Positions 35,298 through 47,924 of a stretch of 64,000 nt of DNA are shown in pieces. The translations under genes were made by a program, and so were the position numbers. Numbering within the stretch: the stretch's first letter is position 1; each line of letters begins with the position of its first letter. The DNA is taken from contig NC_086109.1 of NCBI RefSeq assembly GCF_963921235.1, positions 25,608,001 to 25,672,000 on the forward strand, read 5' to 3'. A model generated the notes under the pieces. The model was not told the origin of the DNA. It was given only the letters and a program-made list of their open reading frames with translations, and did no database searches. Origin of the DNA: Mobula hypostoma (lineage: Eukaryota).

Positions 35298-37698
35298 TTG
35301 CAACACCAGGCCGGGTCTTTATGTGCTGCTATTGTGACTCCCGTCTCCCCTTCCCCCACCACCACTCCGCAGCCCCGTCTTCCTCAGATCCCACCGTCAG
35401 CTCCTGGGCCCTCAGAGGCTCCATCTTCCTCTCACCCCAAGCCTCCCCTCTCCACTGACACCACCAGCCTCCCCTCTCCCCCCTCTGATCCCAGCTCTCA
35501 TCCGTGCCGGGTCTTTACCATCCCCTCCGACCTTCAACTGTCGGAGGCAGAACGCTCTGTTCTCAGTAAGGGCCTCACGTTTGTCCCCCTTCGCCCACAC
35601 CTCAGTGAGTTCCGCGTTCGCCACGATGCAGAACTTTTCTTCCGCCGTCTCCGTCTCCGAGCCTACTTCTTCGGCAAGGACTCTTCCACCCCCACCGATG
35701 ACCCCTTCTCCCGTCTTCAACCCTCCTCTTCTTCATGGATACCCCGCTCTGGTCTTCTGCCTGCTCTGGATCTCTTTATTGCCAACTGCCGACGGGACAT
35801 CAACCGTCTCGACTTCACCGCACCTTGTCCCCATTCCAACCTCACTCCTTCGGAACGCTCTGCTCTCCACTCCCTCCGCACTAATCCTAACATTATTATT
35901 AAACCCGCTGATAAAGGGGGTGCTGTTGTAGTCTGGCGTACTGACCTCTACCTTGCCGAGGCACAGCGACAACTCGCGGATACCTCCTCTTATTTACCCC
36001 TCGATCGTGACCCCACTAAGGAGCACCAGGCCATTGTCTCCCACACTATCAACGACTTTATCCGCTCAGGGGATCTCCCATCCACTGCTACCAACCTTAT
36101 CGTTCCCACACCCCGCACTTCCCGTTTCTACCTCCTACCCAAGATCCACAAACCTGCCTGTCCTGGCTGACCTATTGTCTCAGCTTGCTCCTGCCCCACC
36201 GAACTCGTTTCTGCATACCTCGACACTGTTTTATCACCCCTTGTTCAATTCCTTCCGACCTATGTTCGTGACACTTCTCACGCTCTTAAACTTTTCGATG
36301 ATTTTAAGTTCCCTGGCCCCCACCGCTTTATTTTCACCATGGATGTCCAGTCCTTATATACTTCCATCCCCCATCAGGAAGGTCTCAAAGCTCTACGCTT
36401 CTTTTTGGATTCCAGACCTAATCAGTTCCCCTCTACCACCACTCTGCTCTGTCTAGCGGAATTAGTCCTTACTCTTAATAATTTCTCCTTTGGCTCCTCC
36501 CACTTCCTCCAAACTAAGGGTGTAGCTATGGGCACCCGTATGGGTCCTAGCTATGCCTGCCTTTTTGTTGGGTTTGTAGAACAATCTATGTTCCGTGCCT
36601 ATTCTGGTATCTGTCCCCCACTTTTCCTTCGCTACATCGACGACTGCATTGGCGCTGCTTCCTGCACGCATGCAGAACTCGTTGACTTTATTAACTTTGC
36701 CTCCAACTTTCACCCTGCCCTCAAGTTTACCTGGTCCATTTCCAACACCTCCCTCCCCTTTCTAGATCTTTCTGTCTCTGTCTCTGGAGACAGCTTATCC
36801 ACTGATGTCTACTATAAGCCTACTGACTCTCACAGCTATCTGGACTATTCCTCTTCTCACCCTGTCTCTTGCAAAAACGCCATCCCCTTCTCGCAATTCC
36901 TCCGTCTCCGCCGCATCTGCTCTCAGGATGAGGCTTTTCATTCTAGGACGAGGGAGATGTCTTCCTTTTTTAAAGAAAGGGGCTTCCCTTCCTCCACTAT
37001 CAACTCTGCTCTTAAACGCATCTCCCCCATTTCACGTACATCTGCTCTCACTCCATCCTCCCACCACCCCACTAGGAATAGGGTTCCCCTGGTCCTCACC
37101 CACCACCCCACCAGCCTCCGGGTCCAACATATTATTCTCCGTAACTTCCGCCACCTCCAACGGGATCCCACCACTAAGCACATCTTTCCCTCCCCCTCTC
37201 TCTGCATTCCGCAGGGATCGCTCCCTACACAACTCCCTTGTCCATTCGTCCCCCCCATCCCTCCCCACTGATCTCCCTCCTGGCACTTATCCGTGTAAGC
37301 GGAACAAGTGCTACACATGCCCTTACACTTCCTCCCTTACCACCATTCAGGGCCCCAAACAGTCCTTCCAGGTGAGGCATCACTTCACCTGTGAGTTGAC
37401 TGGGGTGATATACTGCGTCCGGTGCTCCCGATGTGGCCTTTTATATATTGGTGAGACCCGACGCAGACTGGGAGACCGCTTTGCTGAACATCTACGCTCT
37501 GTCCGCCAGAGAAAGCAGGATCTCCCAGTGGCCACACATTTTAATTCCACATCCCATTCCCATTCTGACATGTCTATCCACGGCCTCCTCTACTGTAAAG
37601 ATGAAGCCACACTCAGGTTGGAGGAACAACACCTTATATTCCGTCTGGGTAGCCTCCAACCTGATGGCATGAACATTGACTTCTCTAACTTCTGCTAG
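35298..37698 (+). pseudogene. PLE RT-GIY-YIG ORF with one nonsense codon (36168-36170) and one frameshift (~37190-37200)
   Basis: ORFs 35127-36170 and 36339-37271 share a frame, broken at PG*PIVS (expected PGRPIVS, CGA>TGA); GIY-YIG continues in the 36805-37698 frame. Confidence 0.88.
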
Positions 37699-37992
37699 GC
37701 CCCACCTCCCCCTCGTACCCCATCTGTTACTCATTTTTATGCACACATTCTTTCTCTCACTCTCCTTTTTCTCCCTCTGTCCCTCTGAATATACCTCTTG
37801 CCCATCCTCTGGGTCACCCCCCCCCCTTGTCTTTCTTCCCGGACCTCCTGTCCCATGATCCTCTCGTATCCCCTTTTGCCTATCACCTGTCCAGCTCTTG
37901 GCTCTATCCCTCCCCCTCCTGTCTTCTCCTATCATTTTGCATCTCCCCCTCCCCCTCCAGCTTTCAAATCCCTTACTCACTCTTCCTTCAGT

Positions 37993-38030
37993 TAGTCCTG
38001 ACGAAGGGTCTCGGCCTGAAACGTCGACTG
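37993..38030 (+). ncRNA. Minimal type I hammerhead ribozyme of the PLE
   Basis: tagtc-CTGACGA-agg(gtctcgg)cct-GAAA-C-GTC-gactg; predicted cleavage after C38025. Confidence 0.82.
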
Positions 38031-38279
38031 CGCCTCTTCCTATAGATGCTGCTTGGCCTGCTGCGTTCACCAGCAACTTTGATGTGTGTTACAGTGTTCT
38101 TGCTGTGATTCCACATTTCAACAGATAGCATTACCTCTTTAAGCATTGATACTCCTAAAAAGTACCTACACAATCATAAATGAGGACTGATAATATTGCT
38201 GTCGGTAAACGGACTAAATTTAAAAAAGATGTGGCTCATGTCGACCCATGGCTCCCTTGCCACAGAACCTGGGTGATGC

Positions 38280-39175
38280 CAGTTTCACTTGGAGTATTGT
38301 ATACAGTTCTTGCTGCTGTGCTAGAGGAAGAATATGATTACGTTAGAGAGGGTGCATGTACAATAACAACATTTAAAATACACTGGGGAAGTACATGGAT
38401 ATGGAAGGTTTAGAGTGAAATAGGCCAACTGTGGGCAAATGGGACTAGCTCAGGTGGGCACCTTGGTCAATATGGACAAGTTGGGGCAAAGGGCCCTTTT
38501 CTGTGCTCAATAACTCCATGGCTCCATGACGTAATTAAGCTTGGATAGCAACTAGGATTCAGGAACTGTGCCTTTGATGGAGGCAGGGCTATCCAAGGAT
38601 GCTTACAATTGTTGAAAAGACCTTTTGGTGGATGCCAGAATGGTGTGGAATGCATATTATTCCAACGTCACCCTACTTAGATAAAACAAGGGTCAAGTTT
38701 GATGGAGAGTGGGTGGATTCAGAGAGAAGTTAAAAAGTTGGAAAATCCAGGGCTGTGGTCCTCTTTTGTGTGTTTTAGAGATCATTGCCACAGGATCTCA
38801 TTGCAACCTATCGAATATTCAAAGGCCTAGATTGAGTGGATGTGGAGAGGATGTTTCCAATAGTGGGAGAATGTAGGACCAGAGGGCAGAGCCTCGGAAT
38901 TGACGAACATCCTTTCAGAACATTGACATGGATGAATTTCCTTAAACAGACGGTGCCGAATCTGTGGAATACATTGCCACAGATGGCTGTGGAGGCGAAG
39001 TTATTGGGTATACTTAAAACAGGGGTTGATAGGTTCTTGATTAGTAATGGTATCAAAAGTTACAAGGAGGCAGGACAATGGGGTTGAGAGAGTTAATACA
39101 CCAGCCATGATCAAATGGAGGAGCAGACCTGTTGGACTGAATATCCTCATTCTGCTCATTTGCCATAAGTTCTTA
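38280..39175 (+). mobile_element. Two decayed CR1 3' fragments (~38280-38525, ~38805-39175)
   Basis: HLEYCIQF remnant; ORF 38836-39087 (DVERMFPIVGECRTRGQSL). Confidence 0.75.
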
Positions 39176-40884
39176 TTTACAATCGTTGTGAAAAGCCATT
39201 GGCAATAGTTTGATGGGTGGTCAAGAAAATCCAATTCTGCTTTCCAATGAAATGAAGGGATTGGTACAACTGTGTGGAAACCACAGAATATAGAGCCAGA
39301 TAGGCTGACTTCAGGGTGTACCACTCTCTCCAGACCACAGAGAAAATGGGGCCACTGGCACTGGCTCCAACTGCTGGTACAAAATCACACAGATCTCAGA
39401 CTATAGGAGCAGAAGGTCTGACTGCCACTGCCTATACAGTCCTGTAGACATTACAATGAGTAGAGGAACACTAGAGACTGGCTGACAACTGATGCAAGCA
39501 GTCTTGTGTGGAAAGCAAATAGCACGGGGACTCACACTAATGGGAGGTCTAAGATAAGCACAGAGAGTATGAAGGGCACCAGAGATGGTTGCTCAAGGGA
39601 ACACTGGGGATTGACTCTCAAAGCTGGTACAACCCTGTGAGGAGTGGAGCACATCAGACTGATTCCAGGGCAGGCAAATATCCATGTATCTTGAAAGTGC
39701 TTTATACTAAAAGTTCTGCCTTTTAATTTCAGCTTTTCTCAATTCCATTCAAATTTTCTCCATTCCTCAAATAAACTTTACAAAGCCATGGAATCATGGA
39801 GTACTACAGCACAGAAACAGAACCTTCGGCCCATCTAGTCCATGCTGATCTTTTGCCTAGTCCCATCAACCTGCACCTGGACCATATCGCTTCAAACGAC
39901 CTCCCATCCATGTACCTGCCCAAACTTCTCTTAAATGTTCAAACTATAACCACGTCTACCATTTCTCCTGGCAGCTGCTCCATCCTCTATTCGTGATTTT
40001 AAAAAGTACAGAAGAATGAATGTAGTGCAAAGCTTTTTTATGTTGTAAATGCCAATCGCTCAATATATTCAACAAGGTTAATACACTTTCGTACATAGGA
40101 TCATGGCCACTCTGTAACCCCACCCCCAGGTGATAAGCCCCAGCATTGTTTGAGCAGCTTCCCTACACAACTCAACCTCGATATCCAGTAGCAGAAGGAG
40201 TCTAGACTGTGGTCATTCCCCACAAAGCCTTTGCATTGGAAGAGCCAAGCCTCAGTGCATCTCACAGTTCCACACATGTTAGAGGAATGGTCCAGCTGTT
40301 GATGGTTGATTGTTGGACTACATCTATATTACTTGTTGACAGACATTGTAGTGCAAAGGAGTTATATCAAGTAACGAGTCCACTCAGATCAACCAATCCA
40401 TGTCAACCTTTTCTCCCCCATAAAACCAATTTCAAACCCTTCTCCCTTGTTCCCCTATCCCTTCCCTGCCATCCCCAATGTAACCTAGAATGTCTGAGCC
40501 ACCCACAACTGAAGTCCAAAAGGCTTATTGCAGGGAAGTCTCCTCTGCACCTTCAATACTCAATCTTCTATTCTTTCTCTCATTCCAGACCTCTGGCAAC
40601 AGTTGGCATCTGATAATCATCTGTGGTGAACCTTTGGAATTCTCTGTCCCAAAGAGTTGAGAAAGCTAGCTCACTAGAAGTATTTAAAGGTGGGGGGGGG
40701 GGTGAAGAGGAGGAGGGTTCAGATAAATTTTTGATAGATCATGGGATAACAGACATGAGGATCTGGCACTGAGAAGGAGTAAAAAACCTGGTTTACATCA
40801 GCCGGAATTATATTAAATTGTAAGAGTCTACTCCAGTTCCTATTTTCTTGTGTTCTTGTGTGTTTTGCTTCTCTCAGACAGACA

Positions 40885-41280
40885 CAATAAAGCAACATCC
40901 ATCATCAAAACCCCCCACCATCTCACTTCTTGCTACTTCCATTGGGCAGGAGATACTGAAGCCTTAGGTCCTACACCACCAGGTTCAGGGAAAATCGTTA
41001 TCCTTCAGCCATCAGGCTCCTGAATTAACGTGGATAACTTCATTTGCCATTACTCTGAATTGATTCAATACCTACAGACTCACTTTCAAGGACCCTTCAC
41101 AACTCTTGTTCTCACTATTATTATTATCATTATTATTATTATTTCCACAGTTTGTCTTTTTTCCACATTGGTTGCTTGTTCTATTGTATTTCCTTTTTTC
41201 CTATAAATGCCTGCAAGAAAATGAATCTCAAGATAATGGCATATATGTACTTCGAGAATAAATTGTCTTTGAACTTGGAA
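40885..41280 (+). mobile_element. Rex1/Babar-type 3' fragment, decayed
   Basis: Remnant 'tgctacttccattgggcaggagatac...accaccaggttcagg'; tail 'aataaattgtctttgaac'. Confidence 0.65.
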
Positions 41281-42644
41281 AGAGGCTAAACAGGGATTGA
41301 GAATGTAAATGCTTTGAGGCTCGAAACAGTGGAACTCAGCAAGAAATGGGAAATTGTAAAATGTCCTATATGATAACCGTAACAAGGCACAGACAACAAT
41401 ATTTTGGGGGCTATACTCCATAACTGCCAGACTGTACACCAGTAAGTACTTTTATGCTTTACAAGTTTAAAGGCTCTGAGGAGAGAGGTGGGGGTGGGGC
41501 AGAGTGGGCAAGCCATGGTTGAAATGGATAACATTGCTATCTATACATTAAATTAACCCCTCCCCCCACAACAAGTCACTGATTAAAACAAAATTATACA
41601 ATTCTTTATTTACCTTTCAGGCAGGGTAATATCTGAGCACATTTGAAATATCAGAAAGCAGGATGGATACACAATATTCTTTTAGTCTGTGAAAGATCTG
41701 GGCCGAATAGGGGAACGTACAATCGGATTAGATACAAAAATACAAAATCTGTTTGTTTTAATCAGACTTCTGACACACATCCAACTCGATCTTTGAAATG
41801 TAAGATGCCTTCGGAAGAAAAGTGAAGCCCCAGGCATCCCAGCTTGGGAAGCAGAATGAGAACCATGCCCTCCCTGGGTCAGAGCTGCTGTCATCCACAG
41901 GGCCAAATACAGTTCAGAGAGAACACAAGATCTCTCGCTGAGATTACCTGGGCATGCATCAAACATGGCTGCATTTCCAAATCAAAACAACACGCACAGA
42001 AACATAGCAAAGTCTATCATGCAATGGGTCAAAATGCCAAATGTCAGCCAGGGTTACTTCAGTCTGTTGTCCAGTTGATATCAGATACTTCTGTGTTAAA
42101 ACACTGGATTCAAGAGCAACACATGCAGCTGTGGTTTCATTGACACAATACTCGTCTATTCTGCAAATTCCTATTTGAATTCCAGTTTTAGATATTAAAG
42201 ACTAGAAACAAACACATAACAGCAGATAAATGTTTGCTGTTTGCAAGACATTCTTTTAAGTTTTTAAGCAACACAAAATTAACCAATTTAAAATAAAATG
42301 GAGCAGTTTTACATAGAAACCTTTGGCCCACAATGTTGTGCTGATGTATATAAACCTAATTCACGATCAATCTAAACCTTTTATTTTGTTACTTGGGAGG
42401 GAAGAGAAATGTTTTTGCTAGCTGTCAGAGGATGTGAATCTGCTGTCAGGTTTCTCTCTCATTTTTAACAGACGTAATTTTCTTTCAGCTGCTTCTCTCA
42501 TGGTCAACTCTCCTCTGTATCCTTCATCTCCTTCTATATCCACATTTAGCTGAAATGAGGCCCCCACCCTTTCCTTCCCAGGAAATCAAATTCTACCATC
42601 TTTCTATAACCAAAAAGCAAAATATTGAAGGAGCAAATGATATA

Positions 42645-42850
42645 CACAAGAAATCCTGCAGATGCTGTAAATCCAGAGCAAGACGCACAAAATGCTGGAG
42701 GAACTCAGAAGGCTGGGCAGCATCCATGGAGAGGAATAAACTGTCAATGTTTCAGGCTGAGGCCCTTCATTAGAAAGTTGGCGGATTGGGTAGCATCTGT
42801 GGAGGGAAATGGGCAGTCAACATTTTGGTTTGAGACCCTTCATCTGGACA
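42645..42850 (-). mobile_element. Tandem decayed PLE-terminus repeats
   Basis: Reverse complement of the terminus, with 'atgaagggcctcagcctgaaacattgac' and 'tccagatgaagggtctcaaaccaaaatgttgac' on the minus strand. Confidence 0.7.
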
Positions 42851-43386
42851 ATACACAACCCTCACCAAGTCCTAAATGCTTGGAGTTCCCTGTTCCCAAC
42901 AAAAAGTAGTCTTTGAATATCTGAGAGGATGTTCTGCTAATGCAGCCTCTTGATTTTTTCCATCTTCTCTCCCATTCCTTTCACGGGTACCATGGATTGA
43001 AGCAAAATGAGCAGAGTAACTGGAAAGAATCAGCTCCCTTAGATATGTGACTGCAGAGAACAATCTTCATTGCGATTGGATCAATGGCGCAGATTTCATT
43101 CTGAATTGATGCATAATACTGAGACCAATATGAACATTTAGCAGTAAAGGAGAGAGTGAGGAAGTGAGATTCAGTAATAGTGAATGAAGGGTTTCTCCTG
43201 CAGGGCACCATTTGTGCTGACTCCAGATCCTGACTGTTTATTGGAACATCATTGCTTTGTCTAGTCTCATGGGAACTCAGAAACGTGAAGAAATGATTTA
43301 CAAAATTTTCTGCAGATGCTTGAAATATTGGGCAACACTCAAAAAAGCTGGCGCAATGTAACAGGTCAGGTAGCCACCGGACTCTT

Positions 43387-43388
<2 letters not shown>

Positions 43389-43424
<36 letters not shown>
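43389..43424. repeat. (GT)18 microsatellite
   Basis: Direct read. Confidence 0.95.
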
Positions 43425-43425
<1 letters not shown>

Positions 43426-43619
43426 GGTGAAGATTCATTATTTTTATTTTGTTCTTTGATATGGAACTTGCTCTGCAGCTAATATTTATTGACTGCCTTT
43501 AATTGCTCCTTGAACTGGGCTACTTGATAGGCCATTTCCAAGGGGGTTCTCAACGCAACACGAGCAGCCAAAAATAAACAGTTGAAGGAACATGTTGGGT
43601 CAAGCCACATCTGTAGGGG

Positions 43620-45690
43620 GAAGGATATTTTAGGTTGTGACCCCGCAGCAGGACTGAGAGTGCAAAGGGAAGCAACCAAAATTAAAAAATAGAGGGGGAG
43701 GTGAGACATTATTGGTAGGTGATGGGTGATAGGAGGGGTGTCGGGTGATAGATATAAGGAGTCATTTAGAGAGGAGAAGGAGAAGGGGTGGAGTAGAAAG
43801 ATAGAGGCAGATGGGTGGTAGGTGGAAGCAGACAAGGAAATCAGATTCAGATGAAAGCAGGTGGGGACAGGGGAAAGTGAAGGTGGAAGCAGAGGCTCGA
43901 GGGCAAAAAGCAGGAGCTACAAGGGCCGGAATCTGGAAAGTAAAGAAGATGATAATGAGAACCATCGAGAGGGAGCAGAAAGACTGATGGAACCAGATGG
44001 GGGAGGGGATCCAGTGACTGAAGTACATCGCTAACAGATGGATGGAACTAGGAAGGTAGAGGGCAAAATTGGAGATGGGTTGCTGGAGGGAGTTCGAATG
44101 GAAGGGGGAAAATGTGTCAGAACTAAAGGTGAATCGGAAGAAGAGAGAGGTGGTGACAGAGCAGGTAAGGATTAGGTGAACTGGAAATTTCAATGTTGCA
44201 AAATTCTAAGTAAATTTATTATCAAAGTACATATATGTCACCATATACAACCCTGAGATTCATTTTCTTGCAGGCATACTCAATGAATTCATTATAGAAT
44301 AATATCCATAATATAATGATTGAAAACTGCACCAACTTAGGTGTTCAACCAATGTGCAAAAGACAACAAACTTGCAAATACAAAAAGAAAGAAATAATAA
44401 TAATAAAAACATAAGCAATAAATATTCAGAACAAGAGATGAAAAGTTCTTAAAAGTGAATCCATAGGTTGTGAGAACGTTTCAATGATGGGCCAAACAAA
44501 GTTGAGTGAAGTTATCCCCTTTGGTTCAAGAGCCTGATGTTTGAGGGATAATAGTTGTTCCTAAACTGGGTGGTGAGAGTTCTAAGGCTACTGTACCTTC
44601 TTCCTGATGGTAGCAGTGAAAAGAGCACATGTCCCTGGTGGTGGGGGTCCCTGATGATGGATGCTGCTTTCCTGCAATGATGTTTTGTATAGATGTGATC
44701 AATGGTGGGGAGAGTTTTACTCATGATGGACTGAGTCATAGCCACTACTTTTTGTGGGATTTCCAATTCAAGGGCTTTGTAGACAACCGAGGTGGAGTGT
44801 GAGGTGTTTTTCTGGTTTGCATTGGTCCTCACTTTGGCAGCAGAGCAGGCCAAGGGAGATCCGGTCAGTGTGAGAATGGGAAGGGGAATGAAAATGGCAT
44901 GTAAATGGGAGCTCATGCCGGTCACGGTAGGCACAGGGTGATCTGCAAACTGGTAACCTAGACTGTGCTGATATAGATGCAGCCACTGAATACAGTAGAT
45001 GAGAGGTTGTGGGAGATGTATGTGAATTTTTGCCTCAACTGGATGATCTATTTCGGTCCCAGAGAGGCAATGAGGGAGGTGGTGTAGGAAAAAATACTGC
45101 ATTTCCTATGGTTTGCAGAGAGAAGTGCCCGGGGCCAGGGAATTTCAGAGAAAAGTGCCTGGGGTCAGGGAATTTCAGAGAAAAGTGCCCGGGGTCAGGG
45201 AATTTCAGAGAAAAGTGCCTGGGGTCAGGGAGGGTGTATGAGAAGGGGAAAGTGGTCCAGGGTCTCATGGAGATACTGGTCCCTGCAGAAGGTGGTAAAG
45301 ATGGAGGGGAAGGTGTGGTGTGCTGGATGTGGTGGCTGGAAGGGTGAAAGGTGAAAGCCAGAAGAACTCTTTGTCCTGCTTGGTGGGAGAGAACCAAAGT
45401 TCAAGAAATGGAGGAGATGTAAGAGAGAGGATCCCACCAACCCCAGTAGAAGGGAAACCACATTTTCTGAAAAAGGAGGACATTTCAGATGAACTAGAAT
45501 GGAAGTCCTCACCTTGAGAACAGATGCACTCGAAACAGTAAAGCTAGGAGAAAGAGATTACATCCTTACAGGAGACGGGATGGGCAGCGGTATACTCTAA
45601 AAAGCCATGGGAGTCAGATGGTTTATAGAAAAGATCAGTGGGTAGTTTCTCTCCTGAGATAGAGACAAAGGAATCTAAAAAAGAGAGTAA
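43620..45690 (-). mobile_element. Old PLE fragment split by a Rex1-type 3' fragment (~44200-44780)
   Basis: Minus-strand remnants MSSFFRKCGFPS, LIYCIQW, HSHTD.S.LGLL.C; purine-rich 3' UTR; Rex1 ORF end IRDPHHQGHVLFSLLPSGRRY. Confidence 0.75.
45111..45230. repeat. 30-bp tandem minisatellite, 4 copies
   Basis: (aatttcagagaaaagtgccYggggtcaggg)n read directly. Confidence 0.95.
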
Positions 45691-47127
45691 ATTTGGAATT
45701 TCCCAAGCCACGTGACTGTGGTTGTTATATATCAGGCTTGAACAGGTAGGGGTGTCAGACTTCCTGTCCTGAAATATAAAAGTGAAACAAATGAATTTGT
45801 GTCAATCAGAAGTTTCATGAGCATCATGAGTATCTTTCAGATACTACTGTACTGGTTCTTTTTTGTCATCAAATACAATTAAAACTGTACTTCAGTTCTC
45901 TGCCTTGAATAAAAGTCCTTAACATAATTACCCAAGAGGAATCTGTCGGTCTCAGGTCGAAAGGCTTCACTTGGCCAGCTGCCAATTACAGATATGATCC
46001 CACAGTGGAGAAATGGTGGATTAGGAACAAAATTCCCACCTATTCACTACTGTGCCCTTCTCTGACCCTCTTCCTGATCCTTTCCTGAAAAACTGCCCCT
46101 TTACGTGAGCTGGGTAGTGCATAACCGACAGCTATAAATCAGATTGAAGTCACCAATGAAAATAAAAGTGTTCGGGAAATGTCACGAAGCTGCATAGTGG
46201 ATTTCAGTTTTCCTCTGAACATCATTTGAACTCAGTGGCTGGATTTGCGACTTACATTTACTTGCTCTTTGATGTGGCTGTTGTTTGAAGATGAAAGCAT
46301 TGCCCGGTTATGTAGGGGAACAGATATTTCCCATTAGTACTCCCTGAAGATTAGTCCCTTCGCACTATGGAGCATAAATTCACCTTGAGCAATAGCAAAT
46401 CAGACATCCATTTGCACTAATGCCGGAGATAACTTTCACCCTCCATATCATACACATAGATCAAATACTTCACGAACAGCAATTGATGCTGGGTGAATGG
46501 TGATCGTTAATTCTGAAATGATGTAATTCTTTGTTAATTCTAGGTACGAGGAGTAGGTGGCTTTGTGGAGTTAGGTCACGCTAATTGACAGAATAGACTT
46601 GTAAACCCAAATAGACCTCTCCCATTCATGTGTGTGGGCAAAGAGAAGGTAACTTGTTTCATTTGATGAAATATCATTATATGTGGCAGAGGACTGCAAA
46701 TTTCTCCCCACAAGAAAGGAAGGTAAGATGCATCTATTTATTTGAACATTTGCTAAAATGTGGCTAATGCACTAGGACAAAGCAACATACTGAACCGACC
46801 TGGCCTACCCTGACTCAACGTAAAGGACAATCAGCTTTTATCATGCACATCTTGAAGCAATCCAGATCCAGTCCGGTGTGAGGCAGGTCACCAGACTGTG
46901 AGTACCTCCTCTCCCATCTACCCTATTTCTCAATACAAATAATATAAAACCTCTTGTCTTTGATTTTCTGTTTGCTGTCACTGCCATTAATCTCTCAGAA
47001 CCACTTTCTATTTTCAGTGTCTTTCTTTTCATTCTTCTTTCCTTCCCTTCTTTGTCTTCATTCTTTCCCCCCTTTCAACTCTCTTTGGCAATACCACCAA
47101 CCTAGTATTGAGGCCCATCCATTGGTC

Positions 47128-47670
47128 AGAGTTCACCATAGATATTGCCTCGTAGCTGTCCACGTGATATGCAAGACAGGGCGGTACGATATGGAGAGTG
47201 AGATGTTGCCAATGCAGCAGCCTCCCCCTCTGCACGCAGCTGATGAATCCAAAGGAACGGCAGAGACCAGTACAGTGTAGCAGCAGTGGCATTGCAGGAG
47301 TTGCCAGTCAGTGTTGAACTCAATGTAGGACTGCCTTAGGGACTCCAGCTCCAGAGTTTCCCTCGAGGTTTACTCCCAAAGCCGTCCCCACGAGTGGGTA
47401 TAGCTGCAAGGCAGCTGAAGTATAAGATCTGAGTTTTCCTTCTCCTAGATGAGCTGCCAACCACAGCTGATGAGCCCCACCTGCCTGGAGTCACTGGATT
47501 TAAAGTGCCAGTAACCTGCCTTTGCCCCTTCTCCTGTCACTAGAAACACGTGAAAGCCGGGAGCTGGACTTGGTTGTCAGAGGCTATTTGAGGTGCATGC
47601 CATGAGGAGCATTTAATAGGTAGTGGGAGCTTGTCCCCATTACCAACCCCAGCTATAACAACCTTAAGGA
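47128..47670 (-). mobile_element. RTE-clade 5' UTR-derived element
   Basis: Minus-strand RTE UTR motif 'ggttggcagctcatctaggagaaggaaaactc'; shares a segment with the SINE at 61846-62149. Confidence 0.6.
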
Positions 47671-47924
47671 ACCGGATAATAAATCATCATCTCTATAAAA
47701 CCTGCACCAGTGTTTACGCTAGGCTTTCTCCAGCCTATGCTACCAGTGCAACATCTTCCTGATAGTCTGAATGTTTCTTACGCTTGGTTTGAGCACGCAG
47801 TGATGTGCCGGTGAGGAAGGCCTTCTACCCACGAGGAGCAGGCACATTGTTGGGCTGCGGCTGTTATGAGGAAGACCCTAGCCAGGGTCAACACACGTAA
47901 AGCTGTGGGGCCTTATCACACACC

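Larger units (their letters stand above)
35295..38090 (+). mobile_element. Penelope-like retroelement (probably Neptune-type), 5'-truncated, young
   Basis: RT with KGL.F.P, IIKPADKGGAVVV, YLLPKIHK, DVQSLYTSIP, GVAMGTRMGPSYA, RYIDD; Cys-rich linker CKRNKCYTC; GIY-YIG VIYCVRC..C.LLYIGET..R...RF.EH; hammerhead in the 3' terminus. Confidence 0.93.

Noticed and set aside
41617..42160. Host exon or ORFs in unique sequence
   Set aside because: Short ORFs on both strands without recognisable similarity or consistent splice phase
45111..45230. CRISPR-like array
   Set aside because: Head-to-tail 30-bp units with no unique spacers, no cas genes, eukaryotic context
47430..47670. HDV-like or twister ribozyme in RTE-type 5' UTRs (also 17490-17781, 27160-27540)
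   Set aside because: Plausible for the clade, but I could not build a complete fold or catalytic core by eye; needs a covariance-model search
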